From: a virus
Virus record (IMG/VR): IMGVR_UViG_3300048854_000126
Span: 41,120-105,119 of that record
Strand: one strand, 5' to 3'
Length of the DNA stretch: 64,000 nt
Shown here: positions 17,834-26,243 of the stretch, in pieces
Layout of the letters: every line of letters starts with the position of its first letter
Numbering within the stretch: position 1 is the stretch's first letter
Translations under genes and position numbers: made by a program
The notes under the pieces: model-generated
What the model saw: the letters and a program-made list of their open reading frames with translations, nothing else
What the model was told of the DNA's origin: nothing
Databases searched by the model: none

Positions 17834-18454
17834 ATGTCCAACCTGAATTATCAGCAGCGCGCTGAAGAAATCGCCGCGCTCATGAAGGGTCGCATTGAGC
17901 ATCAATCCCCCGAATCTCCGCAGCCCAATCGCCTCCGCTTGCTTCTGCCCGAGACGGGTGTGCCCAATGCCAAGTTGTCGCTCGCATTCTCGCCTTACAA
18001 CGCGAAGGGCCGCTTGGTCGTGACCTGCCTGTTTCCGAACTGCCCGGACTATGGGCCTGTGAACGCCAACACATTTGTGAGTGCACGTGACCTCGAGGCG
18101 GTCAACTACACCTCCTCGATCTCGATGGCCGAAAGCAAGTCGGCTGAACAAATGGTCCGCGACATCGAGCGCCGCTTGCTGCGTGGTTACCTGCAAGCGC
18201 TTGCGGCCACGAACAAAGGCATCGCCGAACGCGTGAAGGAGATCCACAAGAAGTCGCAGCTCATTAAGCGGCTCGCCGACATCGCCGGTCAGCACTTAAC
18301 GGAAGAGCAAGTGAAGCGCGAGCGCATCCACGTTTATGACGGCTCGCGCTCGATGGACATCGATCTGTCCGGCGAAAAGGTCCGCGTCGAAATGCGCTGG
18401 ATATCGCCTGAGTTGGCCGAGAAAGTGATCCTGCTTTTCAACGAGAACGCGTAA
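17834..18454 (+). CDS. Hypothetical protein
   Basis: 206-aa ORF with phage-like codon use. Confidence 0.8.
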   Translation: MSNLNYQQRAEEIAALMKGRIEHQSPESPQPNRLRLLLPETGVPNAKLSLAFSPYNAKGRLVVTCLFPNCPDYGPVNANTFVSARDLEAVNYTSSISMAESKSAEQMVRDIERRLLRGYLQALAATNKGIAERVKEIHKKSQLIKRLADIAGQHLTEEQVKRERIHVYDGSRSMDIDLSGEKVRVEMRWISPELAEKVILLFNENA

Positions 18455-18458
18455 TCGC

Positions 18459-18502
18459 ATCCGCATGAGCGCCTACGGGCGCTCGGGAAAATCAATACAT
18501 CG
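18459..18502 (+). promoter_or_regulatory. Hairpin-spacer element C
   Basis: ATCC-N24-GAAAAT-caat-ACATCG; stem GAGCGCC/GGCGCTC. Confidence 0.7.
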
Positions 18503-18525
18503 ACAACAAACGCGAGAGCGAAACG

Positions 18526-19071
18526 ATGAACACCGTGCCTACCCTGCAAAACGATGCGCCGTATGCCTACGCCTTTGCGCGCGCCGAGCATGACTTTGCC
18601 GAAATCAAGATCGCGCTGCGCCGCATTGTGACGGGCTCCTTCAGCTATCTGTTTTCGTCGGAGCTGGTGATGCGCTGCTATGTGAGCCGCGAGTTCGACA
18701 CGCCTTATGGCGTGAAATTGGTGCTCGACGGCGGTCATCAGATGGAGATGGCCGAGCTCACCGCCGCAATGAAGGTGATGACGTCGATCGCCAAGAAGCT
18801 CAAGAAGATGGAGGACGAGCTCGGTTACACGAACGACCGTGATCTGCCTGAGTTCGCGCGCCGCGTGCTGGTCGCATCGGGCATCCGGACGGTGTTCTAC
18901 GAGCGGAAGTTCAATCAGGGCGCCGTCGATCGCAACGGGCTGACACTCAAGGATGGGATTTTCGGGCTGCCGAGCGTCGATCCGCGCGATGGGAAGGACT
19001 TCCTCTTTGCGATTCGCGGGCTCACCGACGACACCCTGGAGAAGCGGGGCATGAAGAAGGAGCCGGCATGA
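18526..19071 (+). CDS. Hypothetical protein
   Basis: 181-aa ORF. Confidence 0.8.
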   Translation: MNTVPTLQNDAPYAYAFARAEHDFAEIKIALRRIVTGSFSYLFSSELVMRCYVSREFDTPYGVKLVLDGGHQMEMAELTAAMKVMTSIAKKLKKMEDELGYTNDRDLPEFARRVLVASGIRTVFYERKFNQGAVDRNGLTLKDGIFGLPSVDPRDGKDFLFAIRGLTDDTLEKRGMKKEPA

Positions 19072-19508
19072 GCACGGCCGCACAGCAGGTCCAGATGTTC
19101 TACGACGCGGTGAGCCGCGCGGGCGAAGTCAACGTGACCTTCCTCGATCTGGTGAAGGACGGGATGACACGCGAGGAGCTCGCCAAGAACATCGCGCGCC
19201 GACCGAGCCTCTGGCAGCGGTTCGAGCATTGGTTGCCGCTGCTGCCTAGCATCCCGCCGGCTATCCACGATCGCCCGCTCGCTGCGGAAGGGCTACTCAG
19301 CTACCGATGCAAGGGCCGCTACGGCTGGATCATGATCGGCGCAAAAGATCATGACGACGCCATGCGTGAAGCTCGCCGCAGTAGCAACGACGTCACGGAA
19401 GCGGCCCTCGAAATCTGGGACGGCGAGCGTTACGTCCCGGTAGCCCGTGCGAGCCGAGAACCATTCCCAGCGGTCCTCGAGCGTGCCATCGCATGCTCGG
19501 GAAAATGA
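19068..19508 (+). CDS. Hypothetical protein, apparently two small fused domains
   Basis: ATGA overlap; AGGAG RBS. Confidence 0.75.
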   Translation: MSTAAQQVQMFYDAVSRAGEVNVTFLDLVKDGMTREELAKNIARRPSLWQRFEHWLPLLPSIPPAIHDRPLAAEGLLSYRCKGRYGWIMIGAKDHDDAMREARRSSNDVTEAALEIWDGERYVPVARASREPFPAVLERAIACSGK

Positions 19509-19516
19509 AGACATCG
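19473..19516 (+). promoter_or_regulatory. Hairpin-spacer element D
   Basis: GTCC-N24-GAAAAT-gaag-ACATCG; stem CGAGCGTGC/GCATGCTCG with one G-T pair. Confidence 0.7.
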
Positions 19517-19540
19517 ATAACGCACACAGGGAGTGCAGAC

Positions 19541-19861
19541 ATGGCAAAAGCTAAGACCCCGCTCTATCTCATCAACCTCGAAGGGGGCGGCGACACGGAT
19601 ATCACCGTGGTGAACAAGGATGTGTTCGATTGGATCGGGAGCGACTTTAGTTGCAACGCCGGGGAATACAGCCGGGACGAAACCATTCCCGGCACCGACG
19701 TCGTGGTGAATGTGACCTGCGGCAGCTTCGACAACGATCGTGCGCTGGCCGCCTCCGCGCACTTCACCGAGCAGGGATTCAGCACGATCAAAGCGGCACT
19801 CGCCTACATCAAGGAACAACGTGGCGAGTTGGCTGACGAGTATCACGGCTGCATCTATTGA
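19541..19861 (+). CDS. Hypothetical protein
   Basis: GGGAG RBS before ATG 19541. Confidence 0.8.
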   Translation: MAKAKTPLYLINLEGGGDTDITVVNKDVFDWIGSDFSCNAGEYSRDETIPGTDVVVNVTCGSFDNDRALAASAHFTEQGFSTIKAALAYIKEQRGELADEYHGCIY

Positions 19862-19870
19862 ACAGCACGC

Positions 19871-19914
19871 ATCCTCCCGAGCTCCACAGCGTGCTCGGGA
19901 GAATGAACACATCG
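19871..19914 (+). promoter_or_regulatory. Hairpin-spacer element E
   Basis: ATCC-N24-GAGAAT-gaac-ACATCG; stem TCCCGAGC/GCTCGGGA. Confidence 0.7.
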
Positions 19915-19947
19915 AAACAAAGCGCATAAGCGCGAGAGAGAAGAGCG

Positions 19948-20280
19948 ATGGAATGGATCATTACGAAGGACTTGATCGCCGAGCCCGGTGAGAAGACGCG
20001 CGTTGGATACGGCGCGTTGATGAGCGCCACCGTGCTGATGCTTCCGCCCAAGGGTGCACCAGACCGCCGTGCTGCGAAAGAAGCGTATGTCGCCACGCTG
20101 CCGTATGAGTTCCGCCTGTATGACGACGATAACGTCCTCTACTACGAGGGCCGTTGCGGGGATATCACCAACGTGGGCGAGGAAGAGGCGTTCGCTCCGC
20201 AAGACTGGGCGATGAACGATGCCGGCTGCACCTCCACACAGTATCGCAAGGTCGGCGCGAGCAAATGGGAGGATCTGTAA
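19948..20280 (+). CDS. Hypothetical phage protein
   Basis: FRLYDDD..LYYEG...P.DWAM.DAGCT pattern. Confidence 0.8.
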   Translation: MEWIITKDLIAEPGEKTRVGYGALMSATVLMLPPKGAPDRRAAKEAYVATLPYEFRLYDDDNVLYYEGRCGDITNVGEEEAFAPQDWAMNDAGCTSTQYRKVGASKWEDL

Positions 20281-20621
20281 TGGCTATCAAGATCATCGAA
20301 GCCGTGCGCAACATGATCGTCGCCGCCCGCGCTCACGACGCGACGCTGAACGATCCGCTTGGTGACGGGTCGGGCTCCGAGTCGCAGGCGCCCGAAGGCT
20401 GCGACTACAACATCCTGCTCGGCGAGATCGAGAAGGTGGCGCTGGAACTTGCCGAGATGACTTTCGCCACGCCCGAGCAGTTGACCGCTGCACGCGCCGC
20501 GTATGCACTGCGCAGCGACGACAACCTGGAGATCGACGAAGAGGCGCTCGTCTCGGAAGGCGAGGGCGGCGTCTGGGTCCAAGCCTGGGTGTGGATGTCG
20601 GACGAGGAGATGCCGCAATGA
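20280..20621 (+). CDS. Hypothetical acidic protein
   Basis: TAATG overlap; EIDE.A.VS....G.WVQAWVW pattern. Confidence 0.8.
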   Translation: MAIKIIEAVRNMIVAARAHDATLNDPLGDGSGSESQAPEGCDYNILLGEIEKVALELAEMTFATPEQLTAARAAYALRSDDNLEIDEEALVSEGEGGVWVQAWVWMSDEEMPQ

Positions 20622-20920
20622 AGCCAGAAAAACGGGAAAAGATGACGACGGCGCTGCTTGCGAAGATCGACGCAGCAATGCTGACCGATGCTGATATGCG
20701 CCGCGAGGCGATCGTCGAGGGCCGGATTGGCTTGAAAGAAATGAGCGACGAGGAGTTCGAGGACTTCGCGCTCGATAGCTACAACCTGGACGAGCAGAAT
20801 AACTTCTGCGACCAGTGCGGCGCTGCCAGCGATGACGGGGAAGGCGAGAACGGGCTGTGCGGCAATTGTGCCGACAAGCTCTACAACGACGATGGCGAAT
20901 TGATCGGAGAGAAGAAGTAA
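20618..20920 (+). CDS. Hypothetical protein with CxxC...CxxC zinc ribbon
   Basis: ATGA overlap; CDQC and CGNC. Confidence 0.75.
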   Translation: MKPEKREKMTTALLAKIDAAMLTDADMRREAIVEGRIGLKEMSDEEFEDFALDSYNLDEQNNFCDQCGAASDDGEGENGLCGNCADKLYNDDGELIGEKK

Positions 20921-21282
20921 TGCACCTCACGAAAAAAGAACGCGCTCTGCAGAAGGTCCGCATGACACCGCTTCAGCGAATCAGCATCAATCGCCCGCTT
21001 CGTCGGAGCGCATCCGTGCCGCGCAGCGACCTGTATCCGGAGATTGACCAGACCGCCAAGGGTGAACTGCACGGTAAATGCAACGTCACGGCATGCGCTG
21101 AGCGGGGCGAGGACGTCAAGTGGTGGAACCGCCCAATGCGGGCGCACTACTGCTCCTATTGCAAGCGCGAGATCAGCCGGTTCGATGACTACCTCGGCAC
21201 AGACCAAGCGATCTTCGAAACGAGTCCGCGCGAGAAGCTGTCGGGCCACGAAATCACGTCGATCATCATTGACGAAGCGTAA
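20920..21282 (+). CDS. Hypothetical Cys-containing protein
   Basis: TAATG overlap; KG..G.CNVTAC...YC.YC. Confidence 0.75.
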   Translation: MHLTKKERALQKVRMTPLQRISINRPLRRSASVPRSDLYPEIDQTAKGELHGKCNVTACAERGEDVKWWNRPMRAHYCSYCKREISRFDDYLGTDQAIFETSPREKLSGHEITSIIIDEA

Positions 21283-21335
21283 CTAACCGAGCGCGCATGA
21301 GGGCGCATCGATAACACATTCAATGAGGAGCACTG

Positions 21336-21557
21336 ATGGCTGGCTACGACTGCGTGGAGCGCGCGATTGCGCACGGGGATGACCCGTCCAACAACGGGAA
21401 TGGCTACGCACTGCGCGTCACGCTGAATAGCGGCGTTCAGTTCGAAGGTCCGGTTGGGGATCTGATCAGTGAGACGGAGACGTTGAAGCTCCAGATCCTG
21501 TCGCTCGACATCTTCATCAACTGCGCCGAGGTGGCGGCCGCCGAGGTCGTCTGGTGA
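21336..21557 (+). CDS. Small beta-rich (Sm/LSm-like?) protein
   Basis: GAGGAG RBS; RVTL.SG..F.G.V...IFIN..EV pattern. Confidence 0.7.
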   Translation: MAGYDCVERAIAHGDDPSNNGNGYALRVTLNSGVQFEGPVGDLISETETLKLQILSLDIFINCAEVAAAEVVW

Positions 21558-21844
21558 GTAAAAGTCCATTCGACGCGCAGCCGCCGCGTTATCTCGCCTA
21601 CTGCCATGCGCAGGGCACGACGCCCGAAGCACAACGAATCGCCGACGCGAAGCGTTACGGCGGCTCTTGGAGCATGCCATACGTCTATTGGGTGCGGCAT
21701 GAGATGGCGGAGTGGTGCAAGTTGAACGGGCGTTTTCGCCTTGAGATGGATTGGAATGACCACACCGTGTTCAGCGAGTGGCTGTCCAAGAAGTATCCGC
21801 CGCCGGCGCGCGAGCGATACATCCGACATTGGGCCGCGCGCTGA
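21554..21844 (+). CDS. Hypothetical protein
   Basis: GTGA overlap; PRYLAYC.A.G.TPE. Confidence 0.75.
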   Translation: MSKSPFDAQPPRYLAYCHAQGTTPEAQRIADAKRYGGSWSMPYVYWVRHEMAEWCKLNGRFRLEMDWNDHTVFSEWLSKKYPPPARERYIRHWAAR

Positions 21845-21907
21845 CGGTGATGCCGCCGCATATTGCGACACCAACTTCGAGTCGATACCTCCTGCTAAGG
21901 GCCACCC

Positions 21908-22228
21908 ATGAAACTCATTCTCCGCAACGGATATCCGTTCCCGTTTCCAACGAACATCAGCGAGCGCGCAAGCGACGAAATCGCTGACGCAGCGAATGGC
22001 GTTCACCTGGACATCGACGGCGTGACGCACTTCGAATGGGTGCATACCGTGACCATCGAATTCGAATCGCGTGAGGCATGCGAGCGCGCCATCGAGCTCA
22101 CGGGCTGGAACTACTGGGATGAGGAGCGCATGGTGCTCGAAGCCATGACGTCAGCGGGAGACGGCTACGGCCACCCGGCGATCGTCGTGCGCGACAAAGC
22201 GTATTGCGGATTCACGGTGCTGAGCTAA
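21908..22228 (+). CDS. Hypothetical protein
   Basis: AAGGG RBS; 106 aa. Confidence 0.75.
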   Translation: MKLILRNGYPFPFPTNISERASDEIADAANGVHLDIDGVTHFEWVHTVTIEFESREACERAIELTGWNYWDEERMVLEAMTSAGDGYGHPAIVVRDKAYCGFTVLS

Positions 22229-22230
22229 GC

Positions 22231-22264
22231 ATCCACGCGGGCGCCGAGCCTGCGTCGGGATACT
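22231..22264 (+). promoter_or_regulatory. Hairpin-spacer element F
   Basis: ATCC-N24-GATACT; stem ACGCGGGC/GCCTGCGT. Confidence 0.65.
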
Positions 22265-22293
22265 TAAATCTCTCCCACCGAACGAGACATATC

Positions 22294-22593
22294 ATGCGCA
22301 TCAAAGACGCCACGCCCGAACAAGCCGAAAACGCATTGCGGGCCTACTGCGAGAAGCTCGCGCCCGACGCCATCATTGATGACGAGTTCGGGCGCCGTCT
22401 GGGTGATGCGGATCTGATCGCTTACCTGATCGAACAGGAAGTCGGACACTCCACGTGTCCGCTCCTTGCTGACCTCTACCCAAGCGGGCCGATCAGTCTC
22501 GAACAAGCCAAAGCAAATTGGGATGCGAAGTCGGATATCGAAAAGCGCATGGAGCAGGTCTCGTTCGTCGCGCCGCCACACTGTTACTTCTGA
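22294..22593 (+). CDS. Hypothetical protein
   Basis: ATG 22294 downstream of element F. Confidence 0.7.
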   Translation: MRIKDATPEQAENALRAYCEKLAPDAIIDDEFGRRLGDADLIAYLIEQEVGHSTCPLLADLYPSGPISLEQAKANWDAKSDIEKRMEQVSFVAPPHCYF

Positions 22594-22601
22594 ACCGGTC
22601 C

Positions 22602-22865
22602 TCACTTCCTCAGCCGCCCGATATCGCCCACGCGCTGCCTCTCCCGAATGAGGAGGTAGTGCATCTGTTCCAAGGCAGCGAGACGCCCAAGCTTCGCTTC
22701 GCCAAATGCCCGCCGTGCGACGTCGCAGAATTCATGGAGCACGTCCTGCGTGTGACGCATCCGATGGACCTCCAATAGCAAGCGTCTGACCATAGGGTCG
22801 CGGTTGGTTTTCCACAGATGCCGCATCTCACCAATGGTGACCGGATCGAAGTCGTCAATGTCCAT
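22602..22865 (-). CDS. Small helical protein, predicted SOS-inducible
   Basis: 87-aa ORF with a LexA box ~15 bp upstream. Confidence 0.75.
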   Translation of the reverse strand: MDIDDFDPVTIGEMRHLWKTNRDPMVRRLLLEVHRMRHTQDVLHEFCDVARRAFGEAKLGRLAALEQMHYLLIRERQRVGDIGRLRK

Positions 22866-22879
22866 GATCGGGTGCCTAA

Positions 22880-22899
22880 TACTGTATGGATGAACAGTA
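22880..22899. promoter_or_regulatory. LexA (SOS) box
   Basis: TACTGTATGGATGAACAGTA fits CTGT-N8-ACAG; overlaps minus-strand TATACT -10 at 22896-22901. Confidence 0.85.
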
Positions 22900-23374
22900 T
22901 AAGCGTGCTTCCCGAGTCGGAAATAACCGCCGTTATTTCATGGTCGGAGCAGGGTAGGGCGAGCCCGAACATAAGCCATTGAATACAAACGTCTTTCGCC
23001 TGATTCGGTGTGACCGTCGGTTTCGGGCCAATTGCAGAGCCATTTCGTAACGTGGAACGAATGGTCTGTCGCGCTAAAAGCCCGTGCCAAGCCCGCCTCA
23101 TTCTTCCCGGTAAGCGAATGAGCTAAACCTCAAACGGGCCCGATGCCGACCCGTTCAAGAGCCCGCAGACTGATAGCTAATACAGCCCCGTTCGCTCGAT
23201 TCATTTTCCCGGTATGAGAAAGAGGACAAAGCGAACAGTTGGCAAGAACGCCGACACCGACAAAGCCGACCCAATCGCGGACGAGAACACCGCCGACATA
23301 GAGAACGATCCACCATAGATAGATCATCCGGGTGTAGAGACTCGACACTCCACATACACAGCTATACGCATTGC

Positions 23375-23949
23375 TCCACGTATAAGAACACCAATCCGCT
23401 CTATAAGGTCTCCGGGCTTTGGGTCCACGTATAAGAACTCCAGCGATTGGGGGCCGATCGTTGTCTTTCAATCGACGCTTGCCAGGATTTTCTTATACCT
23501 AGCGCGGGCCGGTGCCGAGGGCATGACCGTTGCTGAATGGAGGCAGCACCCCTCCAAGGCATGCCATGAAAGCAACAATAACCTCCTTCTACTTTGCGGC
23601 AGTCCACGGCTTTACTGACCCGCATCCGTTCTTCGGCTTCGACCTCGAAGAACACGGGGCGGTCATTCGCTCGGACATCATCTCTCTTCGCACAGCGCGC
23701 ATTCTGGCGCAGGAGCTGGGCCGCGGAGCAGCGTTCGTCAAGATGCTCAAAGCCATTATGGAATGCCCGCCAAGTGATTACGGGCTGTTGGTCGGCCAGG
23801 TGTTCGAAGATTGAGAGCGACAAAATCCAATCAGGTCCGTGGCTGAAATTCCGAGGACGCGCGGCCCGGTAGGAGCGCCTTGGCTCCCTATAAGGTTCGC
23901 CCGGCCCTATAAGGTTTGGCCCGTCTCCCTATAAGAATGCCCTATAAGG
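23375..23949 (+). repeat. TATAAG-core direct repeats
   Basis: TCCACGTATAAGAAC at 23375 and 23424; CTATAAGG at 23401; CCCTATAAGR at 23886, 23905, 23927, 23940. Confidence 0.85.
23566..23814 (+). CDS. Hypothetical protein
   Basis: ORF between the two repeat clusters. Confidence 0.55.
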   Translation: MKATITSFYFAAVHGFTDPHPFFGFDLEEHGAVIRSDIISLRTARILAQELGRGAAFVKMLKAIMECPPSDYGLLVGQVFED

Positions 23950-24013
23950 TTCGGGGATCTCTGCATTAGAGATTTGGGCAGTAGAATGAATGCCCCTTTC
24001 CGAGGAGACCAAA

Positions 24014-24352
24014 ATGAAGAAGTGGCATGTGTATGAAACCAGCTATATCGACTGGGCGTGGAGCGCACTGCGATCGGTCGATGAAACGCGGGCTGTTCTC
24101 GCGGACAACGTGAATGAAGAATGGAGCGATCTTAGCCAGCACCCGGTCGATGAATTCGATGCGGACTTTGGCGAGGCAAAGCGCCTCGCTTCTGAGGAAG
24201 GCTGGGAAGGGGACTATCGACAAGGCCCCGTCGTCTTTTGGCTGCCTGACCCGAACTACAACTCTTTCGTATATGGCTTCTTCTGGAAGCAGGACAATAA
24301 TGGCACCTGCTACACCGTGTCGCCTCATCCGCTGCCTTGGTTGGAGGATTGA
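24014..24352 (+). CDS. Hypothetical protein, paralog 1 (ends SP.PLPWLED)
   Basis: GAGGAG RBS; similar to next gene. Confidence 0.8.
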   Translation: MKKWHVYETSYIDWAWSALRSVDETRAVLADNVNEEWSDLSQHPVDEFDADFGEAKRLASEEGWEGDYRQGPVVFWLPDPNYNSFVYGFFWKQDNNGTCYTVSPHPLPWLED

Positions 24353-24354
24353 TC

Positions 24355-24666
24355 ATGGATTGGATCATTTATCGAATTGAGCGCCCCGCAAACGAACTGA
24401 ACTGGATGCGCACTTCCACCGAGATCGTCGAGCGCGCCGCTGCGGACGACGACACCATGGTCGCCGCCATTGTGGAAGCCGAACTCGATGCGGCTTTCGA
24501 GGCAGCGCGCCAAGCGGGCTGGGACGGCGAGATGGACGAGGAGCCGCATGCCTTCGTGCTGCCGGCGAAGGACGAGTTCCGGTTCGGGTTCGTCTGGACG
24601 TGCCCTGACCCGGACAAACCAGTCGTCATTGCATCGCCGTTGCCACTGCCTTGGCTTGAAGACTAA
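24355..24666 (+). CDS. Hypothetical protein, paralog 2 (ends SP.PLPWLED)
   Basis: GGAGG RBS; shared GW.G...P..F.LP...GF.W motif. Confidence 0.8.
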   Translation: MDWIIYRIERPANELNWMRTSTEIVERAAADDDTMVAAIVEAELDAAFEAARQAGWDGEMDEEPHAFVLPAKDEFRFGFVWTCPDPDKPVVIASPLPLPWLED

Positions 24667-24735
24667 AAAGAGATCGTCAGTGGGGCATCCAAGGCCCTGC
24701 TGGCGGTTGTGATATCTGTTTGGACGCGTAACAGC

Positions 24736-24778
24736 GTCCGCCCGGGTTTCTCATCCCGATCCCGGACATTAAGCTCAC
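24736..24778 (+). promoter_or_regulatory. Hairpin-spacer element H (variant)
   Basis: GTCC-N25-GACATT-AAGCTCAC; stem CCGGG/CCCGG. Confidence 0.45.
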
Positions 24779-24973
24779 TTGCAAACGAGCTCCACACATG
24801 CCCGCTAGATCGGGTCATGAGCCGCTTGTCCCGTCGTTCATCTCACGGGCCACGGCGGTCCAGGCGAAAAAGAGCCGACACGAATGCCGGCCGGGGAATC
24901 ACCTGGCATCGGAATACCGGGCGACAAAAACAGCCACTTGGGCTACTCAGCATCTCCTGTGCCCGCTGATCAT

Positions 24974-25003
24974 AAAAAAGGGCCGGCACGCTGGTGCCGG
25001 CCC
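24974..25003 (-). terminator. Minus-strand intrinsic terminator
   Basis: 10-bp stem GGGCCGGCAC/GTGCCGGCCC preceded by AAAAAA on the + strand. Confidence 0.65.
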
Positions 25004-25056
25004 GTCGAATCGCCTAGCACCCGGGGAAAGCGCTAGGCGAGTAACCACATGCATAC

Positions 25057-25100
25057 ATCCGAGCATCAGCCGTTCCCGAGTCTCGAAAATAAAAGCTCAC
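25057..25100 (+). promoter_or_regulatory. Hairpin-spacer element G (weak stem)
   Basis: ATCC-N24-GAAAAT-aa-AAGCTCAC. Confidence 0.55.
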
Positions 25101-25120
25101 GAACAACACCGAGACTCACC

Positions 25121-25270
25121 ATGAAATTTCACCTCGCCCTGCCCATGCTCTCGCGCCGCTTCGGCTTTCTCTACAAGGTCTGGGACGGTCAGGAAGGACT
25201 CTTCACCACCGACGATCACGGGAATCTGATCCGGGTGTCGCCCTACGCTGCAGCCGCATCGCTAGTCTAA
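25121..25270 (+). CDS. Small hypothetical protein (49 aa)
   Basis: ATG downstream of element G. Confidence 0.55.
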   Translation: MKFHLALPMLSRRFGFLYKVWDGQEGLFTTDDHGNLIRVSPYAAAASLV

Positions 25271-25285
25271 GGGGAAGAGGGCGCC

Positions 25286-25453
25286 ATGCTTGAAAACCTC
25301 CAATGGTTCTGCGCGGTGCTCCTCGTGATCGGGGGAGCGGTGGTGATCGGCGGGATCATCTTTCTCGCCATCGATTTGCTCACGGGCGGGCTTAAGCGGA
25401 CGGTTCGACGCCATCGCAACAAGATGCCCAGCCGGATCGCTCGTTATAGGTAA
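25286..25453 (+). CDS. Small single-TM protein with basic tail (55 aa, below ORF-track cutoff)
   Basis: GAGGG RBS; MLENLQWFCAVLLVIGGAVVIGGIIFLAIDLLTGGLKRTVRRHRNKMPSRIARYR. Confidence 0.65.
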   Translation: MLENLQWFCAVLLVIGGAVVIGGIIFLAIDLLTGGLKRTVRRHRNKMPSRIARYR

Positions 25454-25777
25454 TTCGGTCATGTTATCTAGCTATCTAGCTAGATAGCAACGCACACAAC
25501 GGGCGCCTCGGAAACGACGAAAACTCAGGTGAATTAGCCGTTGTTCGGACGATACATTTTGTAACAAAAGCTGGACAAAAATAACCCAACCAAGTGGCCG
25601 GTTATCGTTTTAAGCCTTGTGCGGCAAGGGACCGGAAGAGATTACGTAAAGTCTACTTGCAGTAAGAGTTGCACACTGTCTGTCCAAATCGGACACAATT
25701 ATGTCCGCCGCACAATGCGACGAAAGGTGCTACCCAATAGCGAAAATTAAAAGGCAACACGAGGACTTCTGAACAAC

Positions 25778-26167
25778 ATGGCAAAGATCACGTTTGAATG
25801 TATGGACCAAGGCGGTGAAGCATTTTCAATAGTCATGACCTCGGATTCGGAGAGCATGAAGGAGCTGGTAGGGGCGACCGTTGCTGCCTATCGGGAGCGC
25901 GGGATCGAGGTCATCTCGGCCGCCCGCATCGAGGAGATTGAGGTTGATATGGAGCTCTTCGCACGCCCGGCAGAGAAGCTCGCGCCGGCCAAGGGTTTCG
26001 CTGCGTGGCTGCGGGCCAAGCCGATGCAGATCGTAGGGCACCTCTCGGGCATTGGCGGTTTCGTGCTCGCGATCGTCGGCTTTGATAACGGGTTTTCCGT
26101 GGCGAATCTTATGCGCCATGTGTCGGCGATTGTCCCGGCCATTAGCCATCTTGCCCATCTGGCTTAG
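25778..26167 (+). CDS. Hypothetical protein with C-terminal TM segment
   Basis: 129 aa; AT-rich upstream region. Confidence 0.75.
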   Translation: MAKITFECMDQGGEAFSIVMTSDSESMKELVGATVAAYRERGIEVISAARIEEIEVDMELFARPAEKLAPAKGFAAWLRAKPMQIVGHLSGIGGFVLAIVGFDNGFSVANLMRHVSAIVPAISHLAHLA

Positions 26168-26243
26168 TTTGATCCTGGCGCCCGAGTCCGAGATTCGGGC
26201 GCTACAGTGGTAGCTCGCTTTACACCACTGCAAAGGGACCGCC

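Noticed and set aside
21283-21320. Another copy of the hairpin-spacer element
   Set aside because: It has CATCGATAAC and a weak stem but lacks the ATCC-N24-GARAAT geometry; at most a degenerate remnant.
23375-23949. TATAAG repeats as a CRISPR array
   Set aside because: Repeats are 9-15 bp with irregular short spacing and no cas genes are present.
24798-25124. 108-aa ORF after element H
   Set aside because: It runs through two hairpins and element G with atypical composition; not supported as a CDS.
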